Source: Flavobacteriaceae bacterium
GTDB lineage: Bacteria > Bacteroidota > Bacteroidia > Flavobacteriales > Flavobacteriaceae
NCBI GenBank assembly: GCA_965661835.1
Contig: CBFIFD010000007.1
Coordinates: forward strand, 9,075 to 73,074
Direction of reading: 5' to 3'
DNA: 64,000 nt
Part shown: piece after piece, positions 1 through 11,000 of the stretch
Layout of the letters: the number at the start of each line of letters is the position of its first letter
Position numbering within the stretch: position 1 is the stretch's first letter
Program-made: the position numbers and the translations under genes
The notes under the pieces: model-generated
What the model saw: only the letters and a program-made list of their open reading frames with translations
What the model was told of the DNA's origin: nothing
Database searches by the model: none

Positions 1-212
1 GTAAGTTTAAGGGCGCTTTGATGACTAAAGTTTTAACCGATCAAGATCTAGGCGGCCCCACTTACTCGATTCAATATCGTTGTAACAATAAAGCAGACCT
101 CGAGCTCTATTACCAGGAGGATGCAGAAACCATGAGATCGCAAAGCGCCCCGTTTGCGGGCAAATTTATCGCCTTTAGAACTGAACTCGATGTGATTCAA
201 GAATTCTCATGA
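1..212 (+). CDS. C-terminal part of a small conserved protein (DUF4286-like); the 5' end lies left of the window
   Basis: The reading frame of ORF 18..212 stays open back to the window edge. Its TGA overlaps the rsmA ATG (ATGA at 209-212). The family name rests only on my recollection of the small protein that precedes ksgA in Flavobacteriia. Confidence 0.4.
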   Translation, partial: KFKGALMTKVLTDQDLGGPTYSIQYRCNNKADLELYYQEDAETMRSQSAPFAGKFIAFRTELDVIQEFS

Positions 213-997
213 GCGTCAAACCCAAAAAACATCTCGGTCAGCATTTTTTAAAGGACCTCAATATCGCTCAGCGGATCGCCGAGTTGGTGAGCGGTTCGGG
301 CTATGATTATGTACTTGAGATTGGACCAGGTACCGGCGTTTTAACCCAGTATCTGATCGACAAGCCCTGGCAGTTAACTGCACTTGACTTAGATCAAGAA
401 TCAATCGATTACCTGAATCATCACTATGGTCAAAATAAAGTCCGGGTGCGTTATGGAGATGTTCTAAAGACTGATTTTACCGAGCTCTTTGGCCAAAGTC
501 CATTTGCCGTGGTTGGTAATTTTCCCTATAATATTTCATCACAGATTGTTTTTAAAACTATAGAGTGGCGCCATCAAATACCCGAGTTCTGTGGTATGTT
601 CCAAAAGGAGGTGGCCCAGCGTATCTGCGCTGGACCAGGAAGTAAAACCTATGGTATATTGTCAGTATTAACTCAGGCCTATTATCAGGCTGAGTATCAA
701 TTTACTGTTCCTCCTGGAGTTTTTAATCCACCACCTAAGGTAGATTCGGGGGTCCTCAGACTCACTCGTCACGAGCAAAACGTCCTTCCATGTGATGAAA
801 TTTTGTTTGCTAAAGTTGTGAAAATCAGTTTTCAACAACGACGTAAAACCCTTAGAAACAGCTTAAAAATCTTCAATATCTCTCAAAAACTGAAAGAAGA
901 TAGTATCTTTGCTCAGCGACCGGAACAATTGTCTGTTGCGGATTTCATTACGCTCACCCAAAAAATGGAAAGTGATGGCATTTCAACTCACTCCTGA
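209..997 (+). CDS. rsmA: 16S rRNA (adenine1518/1519-N6)-dimethyltransferase RsmA/KsgA
   Basis: 262 aa. KPKKHLGQHFL N-terminus, SAM-binding LEIGPGTG motif and GNFPYNISS motif. Confidence 0.9.
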   Translation: MSVKPKKHLGQHFLKDLNIAQRIAELVSGSGYDYVLEIGPGTGVLTQYLIDKPWQLTALDLDQESIDYLNHHYGQNKVRVRYGDVLKTDFTELFGQSPFAVVGNFPYNISSQIVFKTIEWRHQIPEFCGMFQKEVAQRICAGPGSKTYGILSVLTQAYYQAEYQFTVPPGVFNPPPKVDSGVLRLTRHEQNVLPCDEILFAKVVKISFQQRRKTLRNSLKIFNISQKLKEDSIFAQRPEQLSVADFITLTQKMESDGISTHS

Positions 998-2327
998 TTT
1001 CTTAGAGAACGTAGAGCAGTTGGTAGCGCAAAAAAAGCGCAAATCCATCCGTAATCTTATGGGTTCATTTCACTTCGCTGACTTGGCCGAAGTTCTCGAT
1101 GCCCTTGATATAGAACACGCTACTTATCTGGTCAAATCACTCGAAAGCGACGTGACTTCTGAGGCCCTCATGGAGCTCGATGATGATTTCCGTGAAAAAA
1201 TACTCGAGCGGCTTTCCCCAAAAGAAATTGCTCGTGAACTCGAAGAGATGGATACCGATGACGCTGCTGATGTGGTGTCGGAACTTGAACTCAATATTCA
1301 GCGTAAGGTAATTGACCGCATAGAAGATGCTGAGCACGCCGCAGATATTGTCGAACTACTCAAGTATGAGGAAGACACCGCTGGGGGGCTTATGGCCAAA
1401 GAACTTGTAAAGGTCAAAGATACCTGGACGACGGCCGGCTGCATAAGAGAAATGCGTCGACAAGCCAAAAATGTCACTCGTGTTCATTCGATTTATGTAG
1501 TCGATAAAGATGGTGTGCTCAAGGGGCGCTTATCGCTTAAAGATCTGCTCACCGCGCCAGAACGTGCCCGCATTGATGATATATATATTCCCAAAGTAGA
1601 TTTTGTCACCGATACAACCGAAGGTGATGAAGTGGCCCGAATCATGCAAAAATACGACCTCGAAGCCATTCCTGTGGTCAGCGAATCCAAGGTGCTTCTG
1701 GGTCGGATTACCATTGATGACATCGTTGACTATATACGTGAGGAAGCCGAAAAAGATTATCAAATGGCTGCGGGGATTAGCACCGATGTAGAAGCAGATG
1801 ATAGCCTGGGTAAACTCACAAAAGCTCGCCTCCCCTGGCTTATCATTGGTATGTTTGGCGGTATTGGCGCTGCGAGTATCATTGATGGCTTTGGCACCAT
1901 TCTGATTGAGTTCCCGAATTTATTTTTATTTGTCCCTCTAATTCAGGCAACAGCAGGTAATGTCGGCGTTCAATCGAGTGCTATTGTGGTTCAGGGCTTG
2001 GCCAATGATACCCTAAAAGACAATATTCTAGGACGACTACTCAAAGAAACTGCCTTAGCCCTGATCAATGGCCTGAGTATCGCGCTAATCGTCCTTGTGT
2101 TCAGTCATCTATTCTTTGACACAAGTTATCTTGAGTCCCTCAGTATTGGTGTGGCTTTAGTGGTCGTGATTTTGATTGCTGCACTTATCGGAACCTTTGT
2201 CCCCATGATTTTGGACAAAAAAGGTATTGATCCAGCCGTAGCGACAGGACCTTTTATCACAACCAGTAATGATGTATTCGGCATCCTAATCTACTTTTTG
2301 ATTGCAAAATTCATTTTAGGCTTCTAA
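975..2327 (+). CDS. mgtE: Magnesium transporter MgtE
   Basis: The in-frame ATG at 975 (MAFQLTPDFLE...) gives about 450 aa. It has an acidic N-domain, a CBS-pair region and a C-terminal membrane domain with PLIQATAGNVGVQSS and TGPFITTSNDV motifs. It overlaps the rsmA 3' end by 23 nt. The 909 start in the ORF track looks like a spurious extension. Confidence 0.9.
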   Translation: MAFQLTPDFLENVEQLVAQKKRKSIRNLMGSFHFADLAEVLDALDIEHATYLVKSLESDVTSEALMELDDDFREKILERLSPKEIARELEEMDTDDAADVVSELELNIQRKVIDRIEDAEHAADIVELLKYEEDTAGGLMAKELVKVKDTWTTAGCIREMRRQAKNVTRVHSIYVVDKDGVLKGRLSLKDLLTAPERARIDDIYIPKVDFVTDTTEGDEVARIMQKYDLEAIPVVSESKVLLGRITIDDIVDYIREEAEKDYQMAAGISTDVEADDSLGKLTKARLPWLIIGMFGGIGAASIIDGFGTILIEFPNLFLFVPLIQATAGNVGVQSSAIVVQGLANDTLKDNILGRLLKETALALINGLSIALIVLVFSHLFFDTSYLESLSIGVALVVVILIAALIGTFVPMILDKKGIDPAVATGPFITTSNDVFGILIYFLIAKFILGF

Positions 2328-2335
2328 TCAGGACC

Positions 2336-3277
2336 ATGAGAATTCTTCACATAGATCAAAATCATCCAATTTTGTGGTCAAAGTTGGCTAAACTGGGTTA
2401 TGAGAACATACAAGGACATAACCTAGATAGATCAGAAATTTTAGCCATCATAAAGGACTTTGACGGCGTTGTAATTCGCAGTAGAATTTTTATCGATCGA
2501 GAATTTTTGGACGCCGCCACAAAACTCAAATTTGTCGCCCGAGTTGGCGCCGGGCTCGATGCGATTGATACCGATTATGCCCATCAAAAAAAAATAGCGC
2601 TCATCAGTTCTCCCGAGGGTAACAGCAATGCGGTCGGGGAACACGCCCTAGGCTTGTTACTCAATGTGCTCAACAACATTAATAGGGCAGACCGACAGCT
2701 GCGCCAAGGCCATTGGCACCGCGAGGCAAATCGCGGCCAAGAACTCTCGGCATATACCGTTGGAATAATAGGGTACGGACATATGGGCAAAGCCTTTGCC
2801 AAGACGCTTCAAGGCTTTGATTGTCCTGTTTTCTGCTATGACATCAAGTCAGGAGTCGGTGATCAATATGCACGTCAGGTATCGTTAGAAGAATTCTGGG
2901 CAAAGGTGCAAATTATAAGTCTGCATACACCATTAACGCCATTGACAGAACAAATGATCAACAGTCGTTTTCTGAGCAAATTCGCCCATAATGTCTATCT
3001 GATCAATACCGCTCGAGGACGTTCGGTGGTCACTCGCGATCTAGTGGGTGCCCTCAATGACGGAACAGTCCTCGGTGCCGGGCTGGATGTTTTGGAATAT
3101 GAACACAGCTCTTTTGAAAATTTGCTTGCCCAAAAACCACCCGAAGCGCTTAAAGCCCTTCTGAGTATGGACAATGTTGTTTTATCGCCTCATATCGCAG
3201 GGTGGACCCACCAGAGCAAAGAAAAATTAGCTCGTGTGATTGTCGATAAAATAGAACACCTCTTTCCGCTTAATTAA
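2336..3277 (+). CDS. D-isomer-specific 2-hydroxyacid dehydrogenase family protein (phosphoglycerate-dehydrogenase-like)
   Basis: 313 aa. GIIGYGHMGKA Rossmann motif, INTARG and SPHIAGWT catalytic-region motifs. It starts 9 nt after mgtE. Confidence 0.8.
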   Translation: MRILHIDQNHPILWSKLAKLGYENIQGHNLDRSEILAIIKDFDGVVIRSRIFIDREFLDAATKLKFVARVGAGLDAIDTDYAHQKKIALISSPEGNSNAVGEHALGLLLNVLNNINRADRQLRQGHWHREANRGQELSAYTVGIIGYGHMGKAFAKTLQGFDCPVFCYDIKSGVGDQYARQVSLEEFWAKVQIISLHTPLTPLTEQMINSRFLSKFAHNVYLINTARGRSVVTRDLVGALNDGTVLGAGLDVLEYEHSSFENLLAQKPPEALKALLSMDNVVLSPHIAGWTHQSKEKLARVIVDKIEHLFPLN

Positions 3278-3299
3278 CGATAGGTCGGCAGGCTTAATG

Positions 3300-5105
3300 C
3301 TAATCCAAGGGTTCCTGATACTTGCGCTCAAGTTCAGCTTGAAACTCTTCCATGACCGGTTTAACCGTACTTTCTGGCAAATCTGATATCCTAATGTACA
3401 TCAGGCCGTCAACGGCGTTATTAAAGAGTGGGTCCACATTAAAGGCCACGACTTTTGCATTTTGCTTGATGTATTTTTTAAGCAACACCGGCAGACGTAA
3501 ACTACCCGGTTCAACCTCATCAATGATTCGATCGAATTTGTTGAGATCCGCCTCAGTAGCATCAAAAATAAAATCCTTGTCGCCGTCTTTGAGTTTGACT
3601 TTGTATTCTTTTTTGGGCTTTACGTATTGTGCGAGATATGGGTCGTAATAATTGGATCTCATAAATTCAATCATTAGTCCTTTGCTAAATTCTGAAAACT
3701 TATTTGAGATGCTCACCCCGCCTATCAAATATTTATGGTCAGGAAAACGCAGGGTCGTATGTACAATCCCTTTCCACAATAAAAACAAGGGCATTGGCCG
3801 CTGCTGATAGGTCTTTACAACGAAGGCACGGCCCATTTCAATAGATTGTGCCATAAATTCGTGCAGTTCAGGATCAAATCTGAATAGTTTTTGCAGATAA
3901 AACCCATCGATACCATATCGTTTAAATATCTCTTGACCCAATCCCATACGATAAGCGCCAGCGATTTCTTTGGCTTGATTATCCCAGAGGAATAAATGCT
4001 GATAGTAGGCATCAAATTCATCTAAATCCGTTGCATTATTGGTCCCCTCACCAATTGCTCTAAATGTAATTTCACGCAATCGCCCTATTTCTTTAACCAG
4101 ATGAGGAATCTGCTCAGGACTCCCCAAAAACACCTCGTAATTCTTACTCTCTAATAATCTGCTTGACCCTTGACGCAACAAAGCTATTTCTTGTGCCATA
4201 AGCTCCTTATCTCCTGGGCCTTCAATAGATTTGGGTGCCTTTGGCAATTTGATGGTCTTGGGGATTTGCTCAATTAGTCGCTTTTTTTGATAAGGATTAG
4301 CCAATACATACGTTTTTTTGCGCAAGAACTGGGTAAAAGAATCTAAACTCTGATATTCCTTTTGGTCCGCCACAGGAATAGGTCTGCCAATACGCACCCG
4401 AATTATGCGTTGCTTTTGGGTTAAAAGCTCTGAGGGTAATTTTGCGGTGCGCAGGGTATCGCTGATTTTAGCCAATCGGTAAAAAAGTGCACTATTTTGG
4501 GCATGAAAATATATCGGGACCACGGGCACCTCAGCTTTTTTGATCAATTTCATCGCGGCTACCTCCCAAGGGCGATCTACAAGGAGCTTTCCATCGCGAT
4601 AAGTTGACACTTCACCGGCCGGAAATATCCCAAGACCGTGCCCCGCTCTCAAATGCTTGAGTGCGCTTTTGAATCCCGCGACACTCCCCGCTACTTTTTT
4701 GTGCTGCTCAAATGGATTAACCGGCATTACGAAGGGTTTGAGCGGCTCGATACGATGCAACAAAAAATTGGCGATAATCTTAAAATGTCGATCGTGTTCT
4801 AATAGAAATTTTAAGAGTAATATACCGTCAATTCCACCCAAAGGATGGTTCGAAATTGTTATGAAAGGGCCAGATTTTGGCAGACGTTTGAGATCCTCCT
4901 CAGGTATGTCAAATTTAATTTCAAATTCCGTGAGCAATTGGTTGATAAACGCCAGATCACTCAGGTGTTTGTTGCGGTCGTAGATTTTGTTGAGTGTGGC
5001 GATTTTAAGCAAGCGCATTAAACCCCAACCTATCGCTGTGCCAATGAACCCAAGGTGATTCACTTTGATGGCTTTCGCTACTTCCTTTGCATTTACTAAT
5101 CCCAC
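3300..5105 (-). CDS. Fused O-/N-acyltransferase, OlsF-like (ornithine/amino-acid lipid synthase candidate)
   Basis: 601 aa. N-terminal PlsC-type blocks (SNHPLGGIDG, IFPAGEVS). The C-terminal half has OlsB/hemolysin-like acyltransferase motifs (LREITFRAIGEGT, DEFDAYYQHLFLWD). Confidence 0.65.
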   Translation of the reverse strand: MGLVNAKEVAKAIKVNHLGFIGTAIGWGLMRLLKIATLNKIYDRNKHLSDLAFINQLLTEFEIKFDIPEEDLKRLPKSGPFITISNHPLGGIDGILLLKFLLEHDRHFKIIANFLLHRIEPLKPFVMPVNPFEQHKKVAGSVAGFKSALKHLRAGHGLGIFPAGEVSTYRDGKLLVDRPWEVAAMKLIKKAEVPVVPIYFHAQNSALFYRLAKISDTLRTAKLPSELLTQKQRIIRVRIGRPIPVADQKEYQSLDSFTQFLRKKTYVLANPYQKKRLIEQIPKTIKLPKAPKSIEGPGDKELMAQEIALLRQGSSRLLESKNYEVFLGSPEQIPHLVKEIGRLREITFRAIGEGTNNATDLDEFDAYYQHLFLWDNQAKEIAGAYRMGLGQEIFKRYGIDGFYLQKLFRFDPELHEFMAQSIEMGRAFVVKTYQQRPMPLFLLWKGIVHTTLRFPDHKYLIGGVSISNKFSEFSKGLMIEFMRSNYYDPYLAQYVKPKKEYKVKLKDGDKDFIFDATEADLNKFDRIIDEVEPGSLRLPVLLKKYIKQNAKVVAFNVDPLFNNAVDGLMYIRISDLPESTVKPVMEEFQAELERKYQEPLD

Positions 5106-5155
5106 TACCCGTGATAGATTTATTTACTTAAGCATAAAGATACACAATGTATGAC

Positions 5156-6418
5156 TCAGTCCGCATTCTTTAGGACCAGCTGAAGGGTATTTCCGCTTTC
5201 TTGTCGCAATAAGACCTCACGGTCTTTGGTGGCATTGTGAACCATTTTGGTCGGTGCATGCCGCAAAGTTAGGAGCGTCACTTGATCGTGAATTAACACT
5301 TTAAATTGCTTTTGTAATCGGGTGACCAGCTCACTTAACCTATTGTATTTATTGTCTACACAAACTGAAAAACTAATGGCAGAATTTTGAATTAATTCCA
5401 CTTTCATTTGATAGGCGTGGAGCCATTTGAACACATCACCGATATGGTCCTCCATCATAAAATTAAAGTCTAAGGCTGACAGTTGGATCAAAACCTGTTG
5501 CTCTTTCTTAATAATGCATCCGACCAATGGCTTCAATTCTGGTCCGCTCCCTACGCGCGTTCCTCGACCACTAGGATCGCTAAACGGCCTGACCCAAAGT
5601 GGTATCTCCTTGCGCTGAAGCGGCTGTAGCGTTTTTGGATGAATTACCGAAGCACCATAAAATGCCAATTCTATGGCTTCTTGGTAGGATATGTGCTCAA
5701 GCAATACAGGGTCTTTAAAGCTCCGAGGATCGGCACTAAGCACCCCAGGAACGTCTTTCCATATTGTGACACTCAATGCGTTGAGACAATACGCAAAAAT
5801 AGCCGCCGTATAATCACTCCCCTCACGCCCTAAAGTAGTGGTAAAATTGTGCTTAATTTCTCGTCCTAAAAACCCCTGGGTCAAGATCATTTTGCTCGGA
5901 TCAATCGTTGCCTTTATCGCCTTTTGAGTGGCCTCCCAATCTACGATTCCCTCGCGGTAATTGGCATTAGTCTTGATACAGCTTCGGACATCAAGCCACT
6001 CTAGGTCAATCCCTGAGTCTACACAGTAATGACTCACAATAGTTGTCGAAAGGAGCTCTCCATAACTGACGATTTGATCGTATACAAAAGCGTGATCCGT
6101 AGCTTTATTACGGCGTGTAAAATCACTCAGGCCTTGACGGATATTTGCTATGGCCGAAAAAACTGTGTGACTGGGTTGGTCAAACAATTCTTTGGCAATG
6201 TTTAAATGCAAATCAAAAACTTCAGATATATAGGCCTCACAATTGGGGTCATTACTGAGATAACGCTCCACGACTTGCTCTAAGGCATTGGTTGTTTTTC
6301 CCATAGCAGAAAGAACAACCACCAAAGGCTCCTCACCGGCCAATTTTAAAATATTGACCACTTGTTTGACCCCATTGGCGTCCTTTACTGAGGCGCCCCC
6401 AAATTTATATACTTTCAT
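5156..6418 (-). CDS. lysC: Aspartate kinase
   Basis: 420 aa. MKVYKFGGASV amino-acid-kinase N-terminus, GREGSDYTAA motif and a C-terminal ACT-like region. Confidence 0.85.
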   Translation of the reverse strand: MKVYKFGGASVKDANGVKQVVNILKLAGEEPLVVVLSAMGKTTNALEQVVERYLSNDPNCEAYISEVFDLHLNIAKELFDQPSHTVFSAIANIRQGLSDFTRRNKATDHAFVYDQIVSYGELLSTTIVSHYCVDSGIDLEWLDVRSCIKTNANYREGIVDWEATQKAIKATIDPSKMILTQGFLGREIKHNFTTTLGREGSDYTAAIFAYCLNALSVTIWKDVPGVLSADPRSFKDPVLLEHISYQEAIELAFYGASVIHPKTLQPLQRKEIPLWVRPFSDPSGRGTRVGSGPELKPLVGCIIKKEQQVLIQLSALDFNFMMEDHIGDVFKWLHAYQMKVELIQNSAISFSVCVDNKYNRLSELVTRLQKQFKVLIHDQVTLLTLRHAPTKMVHNATKDREVLLRQESGNTLQLVLKNAD

Positions 6419-6909
6419 GAATCTAAATACGCTGTTAAGGACTGGTCAGTCATTGATACCATGCGCCACTCTTTGGACACCTCTGCTCCAGATTTCTGGT
6501 AAAAATCAATCGCTGGAGTATTCCAATCCAAGACTTCCCAATTGACGCGACGCACCTTGTTCTCTAGGGCAAATGACAAAACAGCCCGGTATAGCAAACT
6601 GCCTATGCCTTGGCCTCGAAATGCCTCTTGTACCATTAAGTCCTCCAGGTGTATGGTCGGACCTTTCCAGGTGGAATATCGTGGATAAAACAATGCCATG
6701 CCCACGATTTTATGATCCAACTCGGCGACATAACACTTAAATTTTGGATTCGCTCCAAATCCGTCACGGATCAAATCGTCGGTTGTAATCACCACCTGAC
6801 TTGACGCGTTTTCAAAATCTGCCAAGCCCTGAATTAAACTCAAAATTGAGGGGGCATCATCTTGTACAGCAAAGCGAATCATTGGGTTCATTGTCATAGA
6901 AGTTAACAC
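6415..6909 (-). CDS. GNAT family N-acetyltransferase, diamine/thialysine acetyltransferase (SSAT)-like
   Basis: 164 aa. RGQGIG acetyl-CoA loop and an SSAT-like pattern (DGFG..P.F.C.VAE, YSTWKG, HLEDL, VLDWN.PAI.FY). The true start may be an internal Met (MNPMIRF / MIRF). Its stop overlaps the lysC ATG (ATGA). Confidence 0.75.
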   Translation of the reverse strand: MLTSMTMNPMIRFAVQDDAPSILSLIQGLADFENASSQVVITTDDLIRDGFGANPKFKCYVAELDHKIVGMALFYPRYSTWKGPTIHLEDLMVQEAFRGQGIGSLLYRAVLSFALENKVRRVNWEVLDWNTPAIDFYQKSGAEVSKEWRMVSMTDQSLTAYLDS

Positions 6910-6969
6910 AAATATCGCATGTATTTATCAAAATTCCCGATATTTGAACTGATTTCCTAACCAACCCAT

Positions 6970-8001
6970 ATGACTGTCCAAAAGAACCGTACCCTTGGTG
7001 AATTCATTATTGAAAATCAAAATGAATTCAAATATTCTTCTGGAGAATTATCACGCCTTATTAACTCAATACGCCTAGCGGCCAAAGTGGTTAATCACGA
7101 GGTCAATAAGGCTGGGCTTGTCGATATTGTGGGACAAATCGGCGAGGTCAACATACAGGGTGAGGATCAACAAAAACTCGATGTCTTTGCCAATGACACC
7201 TTCATCAATACCCTGACCAATAGAGAAATAGTTTGCGGGATTGCGAGTGAGGAAGAAGAGGACTTTATTACAATTCAAGGCCGAAATGGACAAAATGACA
7301 ACAAATATGTCGTGCTAATCGATCCATTAGATGGTTCAAGCAATATCGATGTGAATGTCTCTGTAGGGACGATTTTTTCTATTTACCGGAGAGTTACCCC
7401 GGCTGGAACCCCGGTTTCGATCGAAGATTTTTTACAAGCCGGAAAGCACCAGGTCGCTGCGGGTTATATCATTTACGGAACCTCTACCATGATTGTTTAT
7501 ACCACAGGACATGGGGTCAATGGATTTACATTAAACCCGGCTCTGGGCACCTACTATTTGTCGCACCCCAATATGTCTTTTCCGGCAACAGGCCAAATTT
7601 ATTCAGTCAATGAAGGGAATTACGTTCATTTTCCTCAAGGGGTCAAAGATTACATCAAATACTGTCAAAAAGAAGAAGAGGACCGGCCCTACACCTCTCG
7701 TTACATCGGCTCATTGGTCTCGGATGTACATCGCAATATGATCAAAGGCGGAATTTACATCTATCCCAATACAGCCAAAGACCCCGACGGAAAGCTCAGG
7801 CTCCTCTACGAATGCAACCCTATGGCTTTTTTAATCGAGCAAGCTGGGGGAAAAGCTAGTGATGGGTATGGCCGAATTTTAGATATTGAGCCTACGGCAT
7901 TACACCAAAGGACCCCATTTATTGGCGGAAGTATCTCGATGGTGGAGCAAGCCGAATCATTCATGCAACAATACCCCAAACCCAGCAGCGGATCAAATTA
8001 G
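6970..8001 (+). CDS. fbp: Fructose-1,6-bisphosphatase class 1
   Basis: 343 aa. [19 protein letters not shown] metal-site motif and [21 protein letters not shown]. Confidence 0.9.
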   Translation: MTVQKNRTLGEFIIENQNEFKYSSGELSRLINSIRLAAKVVNHEVNKAGLVDIVGQIGEVNIQGEDQQKLDVFANDTFINTLTNREIVCGIASEEEEDFITIQGRNGQNDNKYVVLIDPLDGSSNIDVNVSVGTIFSIYRRVTPAGTPVSIEDFLQAGKHQVAAGYIIYGTSTMIVYTTGHGVNGFTLNPALGTYYLSHPNMSFPATGQIYSVNEGNYVHFPQGVKDYIKYCQKEEEDRPYTSRYIGSLVSDVHRNMIKGGIYIYPNTAKDPDGKLRLLYECNPMAFLIEQAGGKASDGYGRILDIEPTALHQRTPFIGGSISMVEQAESFMQQYPKPSSGSN

Positions 8002-8066
8002 CCGGCGCTGTAAAATTTTTACAGATAGTTTTGCCGTTGTTGCCCAGTTAGTATCTTTGTCGCCCG

Positions 8067-11000
8067 ATGGTGCCAAGCCGCATATCCGCCTTATTTGAAC
8101 AGTCTTTGCCTTGGCAAAAATTGAGGCAGCGCCTATCCGAAAATGAGGCCGTCACCAAAGTCGCTGGCCTGGTTGGCTCGGCACAAAGTCTGATAATCTC
8201 CAAAATTTTCCAGGAAGAACAACGGCCATTGGTCTGCGTGATGAACGACAAAGAGGCCGCGGCGTATTTACTCAATGACCTTGAAGGATTATTGGGTCAA
8301 GAGTATGTATTATTCTACCCAGGGAGTTATCGCCGTCCTTATCAAATTGAAGAAACAGACAACAGTAATGTCCTGATGCGCTCAGAGGTACTGACGCATC
8401 TCAATAGCCGCAAAAAACCCGCGCTTATTGTCACCTACCCTGCGGCCATATTTGAGCAGGTTGTGACAAAAAAAACATTGATACAAAACACTATAAAACT
8501 CAAAACCGGGGCCCAGCTTGATGTCGATGGGCTCAATGAATTACTTTTTGAGGCGGAGTTTAAGCGTGTAGATTTTGTGACTCAGCCCGGGGAATTTTCA
8601 GTGCGTGGGGGCATAGTCGATGTCTTTTCATTTAGCAATGATCACCCGTACCGTTTGGAGTTTTTTGAGGATACTCTAGAAAGCATTCGCGAATTTGATA
8701 TTGAAACTCAGCTCTCTATTGGTCTGAACAATAAAATTTCTATAATTCCAGATGTCGGTGAAAAATCTCGGGCTGTAATGCGGCAGAGCTTTTTGTCCTA
8801 TGTAGGCGATCAAGCCCTTGTTGTCCTCCAAGATCGAACATTTATTCTCGATCAAATTCGAGACCTCTTTGGTAAAGCTACAGAGTATTACGCTCAGTTG
8901 GACAGCCCATTACAATGGTCTACTCCTGAGGCTCTTTTTTATAATCCATCTCTGCTGGAACAGGACTTAAATGCTGTGCCAAATATTTGGTTAGAAACTA
9001 AAGGTACGGGGGAGCAATCTTTTTCGTTCGAGCAGACCCCACAGCCCTCATTCAATAAACAATTTAATTTACTCATTGATCAGATTAATCTAGATTACGA
9101 TCAAGGTTTAACCACCCTAATCTGTTGTGGTTCTGAGGCTCAAGCAAAACGCTTTAGAGATATTTTTGAGGACAGTACTCAAGAGGTCAATGGCTACTTT
9201 ATTGAGGTGTTTTCCATGCACCAAGGCTTTGTCGATAAAGCCCAAAAAATCGCTGTGTACACCGACCATGAAATTTTTGAACGCTACCATAAGTTCAAAT
9301 TAAAAAATGGGTTTGCCAAAAAACAAGCCGTGAGCTTAAAGGAGCTCTCTCAATGGCAGATTGGAGATTATGTCACTCATATTGACCACGGGGTGGGTAC
9401 ATTTGGCGGACTACAACAAATTGAGGTTGAAGGGAAAACACAAGAGGCCATCAAACTCGTTTACGGTGATCGCGACATATTGTACTTGAGCATACACTCG
9501 CTTCACAAAATAGCCAAGTTTAATGGCAAAGACGGATCTGTCCCAAAATTATACAAGCTTGGCAGTGCCGCCTGGAAAAACCTCAAAACCAAAACAAAGA
9601 AAAAAGTCAAACAAATCGCCTTTGACCTGATTGAGCTGTACGCCAAAAGGCGCATGCAAAAGGGCTTTGCATTTGGCCCCGACTCCTATTTACAATACGA
9701 GCTTGAATCTTCATTTTTATATGAGGACACCCCGGATCAAACCGCTGCTACCGAAGATATCAAAAAGGACATGGAACGCTCACAGCCCATGGATCGACTC
9801 GTTTGTGGGGATGTGGGTTTTGGCAAAACTGAAGTAGCGATAAGAGCCGCATTTAAAGCTGTCGACAACGGCAAACAAGTGGCCGTACTAGTGCCAACAA
9901 CTATTCTCGCGTTTCAACACCACAAGACCTTTTCTAAACGACTCAAAGACTTACCCGTAGAGGTAGACTATTTGAATCGATTCCGCACCGCCAAGGAACG
10001 AAAAAATATATTGGAACGACTCAAGAGTGGACAGCTTGACATTGTCATCGGGACCCACCAGCTGGTCAATAAATCGGTACAATTCAAAGATATCGGGCTG
10101 CTCATTGTCGACGAGGAACAAAAATTTGGGGTCTCGGTTAAAGACAAACTCAAAACGCTCAAAGAAAATATCGACACCTTGACTTTGACTGCAACACCCA
10201 TCCCGAGAACTCTTCAATTTAGCCTGATGGCTGCTCGCGATCTATCGGTAATCAGCACCCCTCCACCCAACCGCTATCCGGTGGATACCCAGGTGGTTCG
10301 TTTTAGCGAAACACTGTTACGTGATGCCATTCATTACGAGCTCTCGCGAGGAGGACAAGTCTTTGTGGTACAAAATAGAATAGAACACATTCACGAATTA
10401 GCTGGAGTCATACAAAGACTTATTCCTGAGGCTAAAATCGCTGTGGGGCACGGACAGATGGAAGGTAAAAAACTAGAGTCCATAATGATGGGCTTCATGG
10501 AGAACGAGTATGATATTTTGGTCTCGACCACCATCATCGAAAATGGATTGGACGTGTCTAATGCCAATACTATTTTGATTAATAACGCCCATCAATTTGG
10601 GTTGTCCGATTTGCATCAGATGCGCGGTCGCGTAGGGCGCAGCAACAAAAAGGCATTTTGTTATTTCATCACACCACCCTATTCAGCCATGACCGATGAA
10701 GCCAGAAAACGCATGACCGCCTTGGAGCAATTTAGCGATTTGGGCAGTGGAATTCATATCGCTATGAAGGACCTTGAAATACGAGGAGCTGGAGATCTTT
10801 TGGGCGGAGAACAAAGTGGTTTTATCAATGAGATTGGCTTCGAAACCTATCAAAAAATATTGGCAGAAGCCATCGAAGAGCTCAAAGAAAAAGAATTCAA
10901 AGATTTATACAAAGATCAATTAGCCAAGAAAAAAGTCTTTACTCGTGACACTGTGGTCGATACCGATTTTGAATTGCGCTTTCCTGAAGATTACATCAAT

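Noticed and set aside
909-974. The ORF-track start at 909 would give a 22-aa N-terminal extension of MgtE (MLSDRNNCLLRISLRSPKKWKV).
   Set aside because: The extension lies wholly inside the rsmA coding region in another frame and does not resemble an MgtE N-terminus. The ATG at 975 gives a protein of canonical length.
6910-6969. I looked for amino-acid or metal riboswitches upstream of lysC, the Cys/Met PLP enzyme gene (35424..35493) and mgtE.
   Set aside because: The leaders are too short (0-70 nt, or overlapping the upstream gene) to hold L-box, SAM or M-box structures.
8008-8024. An AT-rich hairpin, CTGTAAAA-T-TTTTACAG, after fbp as a possible terminator.
   Set aside because: The stem is almost entirely A/T and has effectively no loop unless shortened to 6 bp. 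That is too weak to call.
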